Shown: positions 33,330 through 45,590 of the stretch, piece after piece
How positions within the stretch are numbered: the stretch's first letter is position 1
Layout of the letters: every line of letters starts with the position of its first letter
From: Octopus bimaculoides
Taxonomy: Eukaryota
Length of the DNA: 47,842 nucleotides
Assembly: GCF_001194135.2 (NCBI RefSeq)
Contig: NC_068982.1
Coordinates: forward strand, 47,748,381 to 47,796,222
Direction of reading: 5' to 3'
Translations under genes and position numbers: made by a program
The notes under the pieces: generated by a model
What the model was told of the DNA's origin: nothing
The model's database searches: none
The model's input: only the letters and a program-made list of their open reading frames with translations

Positions 33330-33401
33330 TCACTGCCTGCAATCAAACTCGGAATCTTGGGGTTAGTAGCCTGCGCTCTTAACCACTACGCCATATGCCT
33401 G
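33326..33401 (-). other. 76-nt tRNA-like module with Pol III A/B boxes in the PLE 3' region (not a tRNA gene)
   Basis: CAGGCATATGGCGTAGTGGTTAAGAGCGCAGGCTACTAACCCCAAGATTCCGAGTTTGATTGCAGGCAGTGACCTG. A-box TGGCGTAGTGG, decayed B-box GAGTTTGATT, terminal CAGG/CCTG pairing. Confidence 0.7.
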
Positions 33402-34315
33402 TGGGCAATTATGGAGTGATTTTAGGGCTTACAAATCTTATATTTTTCTATCCTTCCTTAATACCAGTTCCCATATGCTATTCATATCTGCACTAGGTCT
33501 GCTTAGGAGGTTATTGTGTCCAAGCATATGTGCTGCTTCTTTTAGTTTTCATATTTTCCAGTGGTGTTTTCTGTCTATTATTTTAACTTCATCCCACAAG
33601 GGGAGGTGGTCTCCAATTTTCCATACATGATCAGCTATACCTGATTTATCAATATCTCCTCGTGTCACAGCTTTGCGATGTTCATCTACCCTTATTTTGA
33701 GGGGGAAGCATCTTCCTGGTGGGGCCAGAGAAAAAAGGTGTCATCAACATATCGCAGCCATAGTTTATAGTTGAGTTGGTGCCACAAAAAGGACTGTCTA
33801 ATAGTAAATCTGACCAATTAACAAATTGCAGCTGCTAAGGAGAAAAGGAGATTGCATTAAAAATATAACCAAACCAAAACCACCTGCAAAAAAGTAAGTG
33901 TAAATTAGAAAGACCAAATCTAAATATTATTTAAATAAATTTCTTATTTTCTTTTGCCACAAAAAGCAATCAACTATAACTGCGTAAAGTTTTTAGATGT
34001 TATTCGAAAAAAAGAAAAAGAGAATAAAAATCAATACAATCTTATGATTGGAATAGTGTCAAATAAAGCATGTACTTTACTTTTTTTTTAGCAGAAAATG
34101 TACTGAAATAACCTTTTAAAGCACTATTAAATATAGCTTTTTGATTAGATCAAAAGGTGAGATATAAGTATATGAGTATATATTATATATATGTGTGTGT
34201 GTGTGTACATACACACACACACACACTCTGACAGGATGTATGACTAACAAGAATGGCTGAGAGGTTTATGTGAAATCTGTTTGTTTCTTTGAATCCCTGT
34301 TATTACTTTATATAA

Positions 34316-34650
34316 GCACATGGCTCAGCGGTTAGAGTGTCGAGCTTACAATTGTGAGGTTGTGAGTTCAATTTCTGGACCGGGCTGTGTGTTGTGTGTT
34401 CACAAACAAGAGACTTCATTTTACATTGCTCCAGTTCACTGAGTGTAGAAATGAATTGCAACATTACTGATGCCAAACTGTATTGGTCTTTGCCTTTCCC
34501 TTGGAGAACATTGGTGGTACGGAGAGGGGAGGCTGGTATGCATGTGCAACTGCTGGTTTTCCACAAATAACTTTGCCCAGACTTATGCCTTTGTGGGGAA
34601 CCTTTTAGGTGCAATCCCATGGTATTTTATGACTGAGGGGAGTTTTTACC
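34316..34650 (+). mobile_element. SINE family C
   Basis: Homologous to 26948-27280 throughout. Confidence 0.85.
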
Positions 34651-35409
34651 CTTTATATATATATATGACATGCAAATTTGTGAAGCATTCCATATTTTTT
34701 AATTAAGGTGGTGCTCCAGCACTGCCATCGTCAAATGACAAACAAATAAAAAAATAAAAGACTATATATATACATATCTTTATTTATATATCTATATAAT
34801 AATCTGCTTGTTTGTTCACTCATACTTTAGTTAGAGGCAGAGTAAAAGTGAGAGAGAGGGAGGGGAAAAATATGAGTAGAGGAGAAAGAAGTGAGGAAGA
34901 AGTAGAGAAAGATGTATAATAAGGACAAAAGTGTCACGTGGTTAGTTGAAGGGAGAGGCAAAGAGCAAGAAAAGAGAGGGAGATGGAAGTGTTAACGACA
35001 TGCTGTAGGGTGGGAAGGGAAATGTAAAGAGAAAGAGATATATTTAGGATACGATATTTAGCAGAGGGTGATGTTCTTGTGGTGAGGTTAAAGAAAGGTA
35101 GATTGGGAGAGACAGATAGGGGAAGCAGTTACATTGAGAGAGAGCTAGATAGCATTTGTATTGTCAGAGTTGAAATACATGGACAGTAAGAACATGTAGA
35201 TATAAATAAACAGCTGGACTGAAATGAAATGAACTTTACTGAAAACTATAATGATGATGATTATAGTGTTGGTACTGGTGGTGGTGGTGGTGGTGTGTGT
35301 GTGTATGTGTGTGTGCACATGAGCAACTTTGTGTCTTGTCCCCCACCAGTGTTGGCATATATATGCCAACATTCTCTACTGATTGAAAGGGGGACAGGAG
35401 CAACATAAA

Positions 35410-35510
35410 ATGAAGTATTTTGCTCAAGAACCCAATGCACCACCCAGTCAGAGAATCAAACTTACAATCTAGTGATCATGAGTGCAACAACCTAACCACT
35501 AGGATGCATG
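35410..35510 (-). mobile_element. SINE family C head fragment
   Basis: 'tttgctcaagaac...aacaacctaaccactaggatgcatgccc'. Confidence 0.6.
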
Positions 35511-36494
35511 CCCTCACAATAGAATAAGCATCAAGTTAAAAAAAATATCCCAAAAGATAAAGAACCAGGTGGGTGTGCTTAAAAAAAAAATAAAGTACTA
35601 AAATTCTTCAAGGCGGTGCTCCAGCAAGGCCACAGTCTAATGACCAAAACAAGTAAAAGATAAAAAATATCTCAGCTTAGTAAATCTGACTGGAGAATAC
35701 CACATGGAATATCACAATGGTAAAATGATATTATAAGCATGTTACATCACAACGCCATTCAGAAACTTAACTCATACAAATGTGATTAATGGTTAATATC
35801 TGAAGAAATATCTTCATGCTTGACTTAATAAATGTGCAGTATCCTGACTGATTAGTGATTATATTCAACCTTCAGGAAAGTTAATTGAGGAGATTTGTGA
35901 TGTCATACCTTTTCAAATGCAATAGTGAAGTAAATGAAATGAAATGATTTAAACCAGAGCCTTGAAAATGGCTCACAAGCATACACTGTGAACTGTTTAG
36001 TATGAATCCATAGAGGTTGGCATATATGATTTTGTATGCCATATTTTTATGTGGTGCTGTGCATTAATTATAACATCACATTATTTGTTATGAATAAAAC
36101 AATGTGGTTTAATATCATGTTGAATAATAAAATATTACACGAGTTTACCATATATGTATTTATATATCAATTGTATATAATCTTATATACATTCTTATAT
36201 GCATTGTTGAACACTTACCAGATGTAATTGTATATTTAGATTGTTTGTTTGCTTTGTTGTCTGTTTGTGCATGCCTCAGGGAGAGGAGGAAAAATCGGTG
36301 CTCATACTATTTGCTTAAGCTCAAAGACTCTTGAGTGGGGAACATGAGGAAGAAACTATGAATCATATGTTGTTAGTTCTATATTTTGTGCTATTTTTAG
36401 ATCAGCAGACTGGTCAGAATCCTCAGATAAAAGTGGGTTCTGCTAAAGCCAATGCCAATTCAAAGGGACACATACACACTGAGACACACACATG

Positions 36495-36573
<79 letters not shown>

Positions 36574-36729
36574 GTAGATATAGTGAGGGTATAAAAGGTA
36601 TTGGTATCTAGAAGGCCCAAAGAGTGGCAGGTAATGCTAAGTAAGTGCTAAGGACAGACTATAGTTAAACTCTTGGTTCAATCGTGATATGAGTGAAGAG
36701 TTTAATGTGTGTCTTGTATTAGCCTGCAT

Positions 36730-36995
36730 ATATATATGGTTGTTTATGGAAGACCAGTAGTTGCCCATGCATACCAGCCTCCCCTCTCCATGCCACCATT
36801 GTTATCCAACGAAACCCAAGCGCTGATACAGCTTGGCACCAGTAATATTGCAACTCATTTTTACAGGTCAGTGAATTGGACACTGTGAAATGAAGTGTCT
36901 TGCTCAAGAACACAACACACAGCCCAGTCCAGGAATCCTACTCATTACCTCATAATTGTGAGCCTGATGCTCTAACCACTGAGCTATGAACCTAA
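36730..36995 (-). mobile_element. SINE family C
   Basis: 'gatacagcttggcacc...gtgtcttgctcaagaacacaacac...ctctaaccactgagc'. Confidence 0.85.
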
Positions 36996-37199
36996 CAAAT
37001 TTTTCTGCAGTATAAGAATCTTCCTATTTATTTCCAAATAGATGGAAATCCTATTTATGCTATTTAGCATTATTATTATGCATATGAAAATAAAATATTT
37101 CCATATCTGTATATTTCAATACATCTCAAAACTTCTAAAAGAGCAAACTGTGTTTGTTTACATATATTGTAATTTTTATATAAATATATATATTATTGT

Positions 37200-37840
37200 G
37201 TCTGGGGAGTGTCATTCTCTTTGAGTGCCTTATTACTTAACACTCTCACTGGTTTGATTTCCACTTATTTACTTACTTGTTTTTTCTAAAATTTTTGTTG
37301 CATCTTGCAACCTTTTCAATAGTCATTGAGAGTCAACAACTATTGAAAAAATTGCAAGGAGTGGCTGTGTGGTAAGTAGCTAGCTTACCAACCACATGGT
37401 CCCGGGTTCAGTCCCACTGCGTGGCATCTTGGGCAAGTGTCTTCTACTATAGCCTCGGGCCGACCAAAGCCTTGTGAGTGGATTTGGTAGACGGAAACTG
37501 AAAGAAGCCCGTTGTATATATGTATATATATATATATGTATGTGTGTGTGTATGTTTGTATGTGTGTGTTTGTCCCCCAACATCGCTTGACAACCGATGC
37601 TGGTGTGGTTATGTCCCTGTAACTTAGCGGTTCGGCAAAAGAGATCGATGGAATAAGTACTAGGCTTCTAAAGAATAAGTCCTGGGGTTGATTTGCTCGA
37701 CTAAAAGGCGGTGCTCCAGCATGGCCACAGTCAAAAGACTGAAACAAGTAAAAGAGTAAAAGAGTAAGTAAATGAGTGGAAATCAAACCAATGAGTATGT
37801 TAAGTAATAAGGCACTAAAAGAGAATGACTCTCCCCAGAC
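37200..37840. mobile_element. Foldback element interrupted by a SINE
   Basis: Outer arms 37200-37282 and 37763-37840 are reverse complements. Inner hairpin at 37305-37323 / 37339-37357. Confidence 0.8.
37355..37765 (+). mobile_element. SINE family A, full-length, young (reference copy)
   Basis: A-box 'tggctgtgtggtaag', B-box 'gggttcagtccc', core 'ggcatcttgggcaagtgtctt', internal TA/TG tract, tail '(gtaaaaga)n'. Confidence 0.95.
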
Positions 37841-37927
37841 AACATAAAATATGCTTCAACACGCAGATTCACATAAAGAATCTTGCAAACCAAATGCAAA
37901 AATATATATATGATCTACATATATATA

Positions 37928-38520
37928 CAGGGTTTGGACAAAATAATGGAAACACCTGGCATCATAACATCATAATTTTGAAATATCTATAAAACCATCA
38001 AAAGCTTGTTTATTTTTATGTTTTTTGATTTATTATTAGTGTTGCTTCATATGTTTTGCGAAAACTGCAGTTTTTTTTTTTTCAGATATCATCAGAAAAA
38101 GGTAATTAAAATTCATTAAAATGACAGATCTATCAGACTTTCAAAGAGGTCAAATTGTTGGTGCTCGTATGGCAGGCACTAGTGTAACAAAAACATCCGC
38201 AGTGTTTGGTGTATCAAGAAGTACTGTCTTGAAAGTAATGACAGCCTTTGAGAAAGAGGGAAAAACCTTGTTAAAACAAAACTCCGGAAGAAAACCAAAA
38301 CTTTCAGATAGGGACCATCGGACTCTTACGCGAATTGTTAGAAAGGATCACAAAAGTACAGCTCCCATTTTACTGCAGAGCTTAATGACCACCTCGAGAA
38401 CCCAGTTTCCACAAAAACTGTTTTCCAGGAGCTGCACAAAGCAGGATTTCATGGGAGAGCTGCAATCAGAAAACCACTACTTTCAAAAACAAACGTTGCA
38501 GAACATTTAGTGCGGAGTAA
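37928..38520 (+). mobile_element. Tc1-like transposon 5' fragment (TIR plus paired-like HTH)
   Basis: TA followed by 'cagggtttggacaaaataatggaaacacc'. ORF 38121 'MTDLSDFQRGQIVGARMAGTSVTKT...GVSRSTV..VM...GRKPKLSDRD', then a frameshift to 'ELNDHLENPVSTKTV..ELHKAGFHGRAAIRKPLL'. Confidence 0.9.
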
Positions 38521-39539
38521 AAACCTAGAAAGGAAGAAAGGATAAAGGTGGCATTGTCTTTCTTGCAGCGGAAAGATTCTCTTCGTATGTCAAATGAAGG
38601 GCAAAGGGAAGTGCTGCTCTTGGTCAAGGCTGACACAAAAGTGGGTGTTGCTCCTTGGTCTGGCTGACACAAAAAGAGAAAGAGATAGGAAATGCTCTCT
38701 GTTATATAAACTATGGTCAGTAATGTAGGTCAAACCCTAAACAAAGGACTGACCTTTCCTTGACCAGCACAAGTCCTTGGTAGTGAATTATTTCCCATCA
38801 ATCATCTTGTGTGAAGATGCAAACNNNNNNNNNNATAAGGTGATTAAAGTCAAAATAGGCAACAAATATATCCAAAGTTAATGCAGTACGATCGTTTCAT
38901 GCGACTCCATTTAATTGAGCAATGTAAACATTACATCAAATATAAAATATAGAGCAATCTTCAGATGCACAAAGATATAGAAATTTAATGAAATTACATT
39001 TAAACAGAAGGACATATTTTTATAATTAAGTCTAAACTCTCCAAGTAGAAAGGAGGAATACAAAAAACCATTTTGACTTAGCCAGACCATATAGGCTAGT
39101 ATGATATATATCGTTTAACGTCCGCTTTCCATGCTAGCATATATATATATATCAAAACATCCATGTTAAGTTGGATATGAAGATTGCCTTTTGGTATTAA
39201 CACAGCTTCTTTCCTGTCTCTATTAATTTTATCTTTCTTGTTTCCAATATCTTAATGTTTTTGAAAATTAACTTTCCACATTTTGAAATGTTATGTTGTG
39301 ATATAATTCTAAATATGGAATTCTTTTAACCTGACGAGCAAGTTTAATATCTGCATTAATTTAAAATTGTATATATATTAATACAGGCATATAAATAATT
39401 TATCATTTATCATAAAATATAATAAAATGAATTATTTATACTTGTTTGTTAAGCTGTGAAACAATTGTTGCTAAATATGAATATCCATTGATAAAATAAA
39501 TTTTATCATTCTATATTTCTCTATTTATAATTATATATA

Positions 39540-40610
39540 TGTACACAGACATAACAGAAATAAATAGACACCCTTATAATCATTAGAATTTATTTAAATC
39601 TGAAATTATACATTGAAATTTTTTATTAATTGTTATAATGTGAATATTTAATATTTAGTAGACATGCCCTTCGCATTTTTCAATGCATAGACCCTATTAG
39701 GCATGCTACTGATCAGATGATGAATATTCTCTTGCAGAGTTTCTTGCCAAGTTTCATACAGTAATCTCAAAAGATCTGGCTTTGAAGATGCTTTCTTGTT
39801 CTTTTAATGAAATATCCTGTCCATTATGTCACAGAGGTGTTCAATAGGGTTCATATCTGGTAACTGGCCATGGAAGCTTTTTAATGCCATTCTCATTCAA
39901 CAAATCTTGGGTCATTTTAGCCGTGTGACAAGGAGCCCCATCTTCCATAAATATAGATTCATCTTTAATTATTTCATCACTGGAGAAGATTGGAAGGTGT
40001 CCTTTCTGCAATATGGGCACATATTTACCTGAGTTTATGTTTCCCTCACGCTCCACCAGCTCTGATCAACCATTGCTCCAAATTGCTCCCCAGACCATCA
40101 CAGATGTTTTCATTGTTGGCTGCAATCTTTACACATCAAATTCTTGATTACAGAGTCCCCAGACCCACACTCAACCTCTGTCAGGAAATACAGCAAACCT
40201 GGACCCATCAGAGAATATGACAGTGTCCTAAAATGCTAGTAGCCTCTCCACCATCTCACTGGTCCAATCTTCTCTCCACTTGATGTTGGCTGGTTGAAGA
40301 AGTGGCTTCCTTCTTGCTGCTCTGCCATAGTAACCAAGTTTATGGAGATAGCTGACAGCTGTTCTGGGACTGACATCAACTTGTTCTGCTATGTCGGAGG
40401 CCTTACAATGAGGATTATCCTCCACACTTCTCTTAACAAAGAGAAGAGTCCTGTCATTGGGCCCTGGTTGATCTGAATGAGGTGATGTGGACTCCTTCCC
40501 CTCTCTGGTGAATTGCACAATCGCCATATTAACTGTAGGAAGTGGAATCCCAAAGTCTTCTGAGATTTTACACTGATTATGTCCACCTTCAGAATGACCC
40601 ACAATATGGC

Positions 40611-40620
<10 letters not shown>
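39540..40620 (-). mobile_element. Tc1-like (DD34E-type) decayed transposase
   Basis: 'GYYGRAARRKPLL...W..VIFSDGSRF...VMVWGAIW...GNINSGKYVPIL...FMEDGAPCHT...W P..DMNPIEHL'. Probable terminus 'tacacagacataacagaaataaatagacaccc' near 39542. Confidence 0.85.
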
Positions 40621-40642
<22 letters not shown>

Positions 40643-41254
40643 TATCTTTCTTCTTACCTATCTCCCCCTCCTGCTCTGCTTCCTTCTGTTGTCCTTGCTT
40701 CTCCTCCTCACTGCTATGTCGCCAACCTTTGTTCCACTTCCTCCCTCTACCACTCCTGTTTGCTCACATGTGACCTTTGGTCACACTTCCTTTCTCACCC
40801 CAGCCAGCTTAAAGGCGAGACAAAACTTCTATTTCTCCATTCAGCTTCGTCATATCTACAGCGTTCAATATTCGATTCGCGTTTAGCCCTACGGCTTTTT
40901 AATGTTGTTTTCACTGTCCAATTTTTCCTGTCTTGGTTTGTGTTTGCTACCTTGGAATCCCGTTTAGTGGGTTAATCCTCTACTCAGGAAGAAACTATTC
41001 TAAGAGTGCGTCCTGCCTTATCTTCCAAATGCCTAGTTTTAGAATAGTGGCAGCTGATAAAGGAATAATTCCATAAGTGGCTTGTTTGTTTTCCTATGTG
41101 TTCGTTCTGTTGTCTTTAAACAAAGTCCGTTTTGGTTTTTTATGTCCCCGTTCACTTTTCTGACGTCCTGTACCGGATATGCATCTATATATACATGTAG
41201 ATGTAGGTATGTACATATATGTATGTATACATGCATATGCTCATATGTCATTTG

Positions 41255-41309
<55 letters not shown>

Positions 41310-41312
<3 letters not shown>

Positions 41313-41680
41313 TTTTATTCTTTTACTTGTTTCAGTCACTTGACTGCAGCCATGCTGGAGCACTGCCTTTAGTTGAACAAATCGATTCCAGGTCTTATTT
41401 TTTGTAAGTCTAGTACTTATTCTATCATGTCTTTGCTGAACCTCTAAGTTATGGAGACGTAAAGACACCAACATCAGTTGTCAAGTGATGGTGGGGGGAC
41501 AAACACAAACACACACTCACACACATACGATGGGCTTCTTTCAGTTTCTGTGTACCAAATCCACTCAGAAGGCTTTGGTCAGCCTGAGGCGATTTCAGAA
41601 GACACTTGTCCAAGGTGCCACACAGTGGGACTGAACCAGAAACTATGTGGCTGGTAAGCAAGCTACTTACAATGCAGCCA
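41310..41680 (-). mobile_element. SINE family A, full-length
   Basis: Head-to-tail match. Confidence 0.9.
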
Positions 41681-41684
41681 CATA

Positions 41685-41900
41685 TATTGGTTTTCAAATT
41701 TCAACACAATGCCAGCAGTTTGGGAGGAGGGAATCAGTCGTTTACATTGACCCTACTGCTCAAGTGGTTCTTATTTTATTGCTTCTGAAAGGATGAAAAA
41801 CAAAGTCAACCTCTGTGGAATCTTAAACTCAGAATGTTAAGATGGACAAAATGCCACTAAGCATTTTATCCTGTGTGCTAATGATTCTGCTAGCTCACTG
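41685..41900 (-). mobile_element. SINE family B, long-tail variant
   Basis: Homologous to 24985-25180 and 30835-31050. Confidence 0.8.
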
Positions 41901-42503
41901 CCATGATGATGTAAATGTATATATTTTAAACACCAAATACACGTAGATGAGGGCCTTACAATTGCCCATGGTTGCATGTGTTGTTCACACATATGATGCG
42001 GAATATGAACGTAAATAAATTAATTAAAAAGTCTCTATCTGATCTGATATAAACGAAATTGTTACAAACACACATATGGACGCACATACTTACATATAAG
42101 CACGAACACATAAGTGCGTGCACACATATTAGCGTGCACACATACGAACTTGCACACACTCACATGCTCATACCAAACAGTTTCGAAACAACGCCAAAAC
42201 AACGCCAGATCATATATTCAAAATAAATGGAAGTGGAGAGACAAGTTACTGAAGAGATTGCAAGAGTGCAATGNNNNNNNNNNNNNNNNNNNNNNNNNNN
42301 NNNNNNNNNNNNNNNNNNNNNNNNNNNNNNNNNNNNNNNNNNNNNNNNNNNNNNNNNNNNNNNNNNNNNNNNNNNNNNNNNNNNNNNNNNNNNNNNNNNN
42401 NNNNNNNNNNNNNNNNNNNNNNNNNNNNNNNNNNNNNNNNNNNNNNNNNNNNNNNNNNNNNNNNNNNNNNNNNNNNNNNNNNNNNNNNNNNNNNNNNNNN
42501 NNN

Positions 42504-42862
42504 CCCACTGCATGGCACCTTCGAAAGTGTCTTCTACTATAGCCTCAGGCTGACCAAAGCCTTGTGAGTGGATTTGGTAGATGGAAACTGAAAGAAGCCT
42601 GTCATATATATGTATATATACATATATGTATGTGTGTGTGTGTGTGTGTATGTTTGTGTGTCTGTGTTTGTCCCCCCAATATCGCTTGACAACTGATGCT
42701 GGTGTGTTTATGTCCCTGTAACTTAACAGTTTGGCAAAAGTGACCGATAGAATAAGTAATAGGCTTACAAAGAATAAGTCCTGGGGTCGATTTGCTCAAC
42801 TAAAGGCGGTGCTCCAGCATGGCCACAGTCAAATGACTGAAACAAGTAAAAGAGTAAAAGAC
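42504..42862 (+). mobile_element. SINE family A, head in gap
   Basis: Core to tail near consensus. Confidence 0.9.
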
Positions 42863-43237
42863 TATATATATATATTTCAAGAAAGTTCTATTCTCATACA
42901 AATTCTATTCTATGTAAGTAACAAATATCTTATCAAATATCATTCATTTGTTAAAGCTTCTTGTCAGTCCTTTAACTGACATCAAATTGTTTTCATACAA
43001 CTAATCCATCATTCACTTCAATGGTCTCATTTGAATGTGTCTTATGAACAAACAAAATCTAACTGGGGAAGAGGTTTAAGGCCATTTATTTAGCAATAAA
43101 TAATCTTTCATGTTCTTAAGTACAACATTAGTTTCCAAATATACTGTTGAAGTCGATAATTAACATACAGCTTTATTTTTCCTATTTGTTTTATTTCTGA
43201 TTATTTTTTTCTTTTCCATTCATTGTTTCCTTTTTTG

Positions 43238-43277
<40 letters not shown>

Positions 43278-43799
43278 CAGAATAGTTAAAAAGTTCACTT
43301 CGCAATTATGAGGTCTCAGGTTCGATCTCAGACACTAAATGATGATGATGATAATGATGATGATGTGGATATATATNNNNNNNNNNNNNNNNNNNNNNNN
43401 NNNNNNNNNNNNNNNNNNNNNNNNNNNNNNNNNNNNNNNNNNNNNNNNNNNNNNNNNNNNNNNNNNNNNNNNNNNNNNNNNNNNNNNNNNNNNNNNNNNN
43501 NNNNNNNNNNNNNNNNNNNNNNNNNNNNNNNNNNNNNNNNNNNNNNNNNNNNNNNNNNNNNNNNNNNNNNNNNNNNNNNNNNNNNNNNNNNNNNNNNNNN
43601 NATATATATGTGAAGCCTAATTTTGTTTATCTACCTTATGACTTCCATATCAGCTTGATTTGGATGTCTCTTATAGCCTTTCTTGATGCTGTGGGGTTGA
43701 CCTGGATGAGGAAGTTAGAATTTGAGTTCAAATTCATTCAAGCACATCTATGTATTTTCTATACTGAGCTAATTCAGCTCACACCTACTGAACGTAGAT

Positions 43800-44040
43800 A
43801 TATCATCATCATCATCATGTCCATTTTCCCATGCTTGCAGGGGTCAGACAGAATGTTTGTTGAGGTGAATTTTTTTACAGCCAGGTGCCCTTCCTGTTAC
43901 CAACTTCCACTTGTTTCTGAGTAAAGTAATATTTTTTCCCCAAAACTGGACATGTTTCCACAGAAGATTAGAAAAAGAAGGATATTGTTTGCATGATGGT
44001 GACACTTGTTTACAACTATCATACAATGTCAAGGCAAGAG
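43800..44040 (-). mobile_element. RTE-tailed element (variant E)
   Basis: Reverse-complement homolog of 8139-8398 with (GAT)n tail. Confidence 0.8.
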
Positions 44041-44066
44041 GCCAACAATGCACACAAATATATATG

Positions 44067-44102
<36 letters not shown>

Positions 44103-44549
44103 TACAAATAAGAGTTCAGGATTTGATTGAATCAGGTACTTAAATGGTAAAGCACCAGGCCAGGTTAAATAAAGAGAGTCATGTATATTAAGAAAGTACA
44201 GGAACATCTCTATAGAAGAATTAAAGACTTCATTGGAAACAGCTGTAGTGAACGAATCATTATCCACCTGTTGTTTCCGTCTTTGAACTTCTTTCCTTTA
44301 ACAGCTCATATGTAACATCTCTTCCCTGAAGTCGGAGGCTCATCTCATCCTAAGATGGAATCAATCTGCATACATTATTTTGGACCACTGAGCCCCCAGA
44401 AACAGCCGTTGGATTTGTAATACTTTTCATCAACCCCTTTAATTCTCTATATTTGTATTCTGTGTAAGTCAGACTTTTTGCATGTATACATACATACATT
44501 TTTTTTGTATTACATGTATTCAATATACTTTATATATTGATCTGTCTAA

Positions 44550-44882
<333 letters not shown>

Positions 44883-45531
44883 NNNNNNNNNNNNNNNNNN
44901 NNNNNNNNNNNNNNNNNNNNNNNNNNNNNNNNNNNNNNNNNNNNNNNNNNNNNNNNNNNNNNNNNNNNNNNNNNNNNNNNNNNNNNNNNNNNNNNNNNNN
45001 NNNNNNNNNNNNNNNNNNNNNNNNNNNNNNNNNNNNNNNNNNNNNNNNNNNNNNNNNNNNNNNNNNNNNNNNNNNNNNNNNNNNNNNNNNNNNNNNNNNN
45101 NNNNNNNNNNNNNNNNNNNNNNNNNNNNNNNNNNNNNNNNNNNNNNNNNNNNNNNNNNNNNNNNNNNNNNNNNNNNNNNNNNNNNNNNNNNNNNNNNNNN
45201 NNNNNNNNNNNNNNNNNNNNNNNNNNNNNNNNNNNNNNNNNNNNNNNNNNNNNNNNNNNNNNNNNNNNNNNNNNNNNNNNNNNNNNNNNNNNNNNNNNNN
45301 NNNNNNNNNNNNNNNNNNNNNATAATATTTAGAGAAATATTTTTTTCCAAATGTTAGGATTAAGAAAAAAAAACAAGAATGAAGAATAGTAGAAGAGTCA
45401 TTGAATAGTGAGAGAGGGGTAAAGCATGAAGTATAGTAGAAGTGTCATTGATTATTGAGAGAGGGGGTCGGAATGGAAGAATAAAGTTGGAAAGTGTGAC
45501 ACACTAACACACTGGCATTCACTTTCACATT

Positions 45532-45580
<49 letters not shown>

Positions 45581-45590
45581 TCTATGTATA

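Larger units (their letters stand above)
33134..33770 (-). mobile_element. Internally deleted Penelope-like element: RT fragment, GIY-YIG C-terminus, tRNA-like module, (AAT)n, hammerhead-bearing end
   Basis: 'KLWLRYVDDTFFLWPHQED' (33769-33710) fused to 'PLKIRVDEHRK...SGIADHVWKIGDHLPLWDEVKIIDRKHHWKI*KLKEAAHM...IWELVLRKDRKI*' (stop 33440-33438). Confidence 0.9.

Noticed and set aside
33549-33551. In-frame TGA in the PLE endonuclease (also in the Dong RLE) as possible selenocysteine
   Set aside because: The position corresponds to a conserved Arg (CGA to TGA CpG decay), and no SECIS is evident.
37355-37430. SINE heads as tRNA genes
   Set aside because: They have A/B boxes but no complete cloverleaf, and they continue into SINE bodies.
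41140-41180. Candidate second TIR for the 39.5-40.6-kb Tc1
   Set aside because: Similarity to the 39542 terminus is too weak to call.
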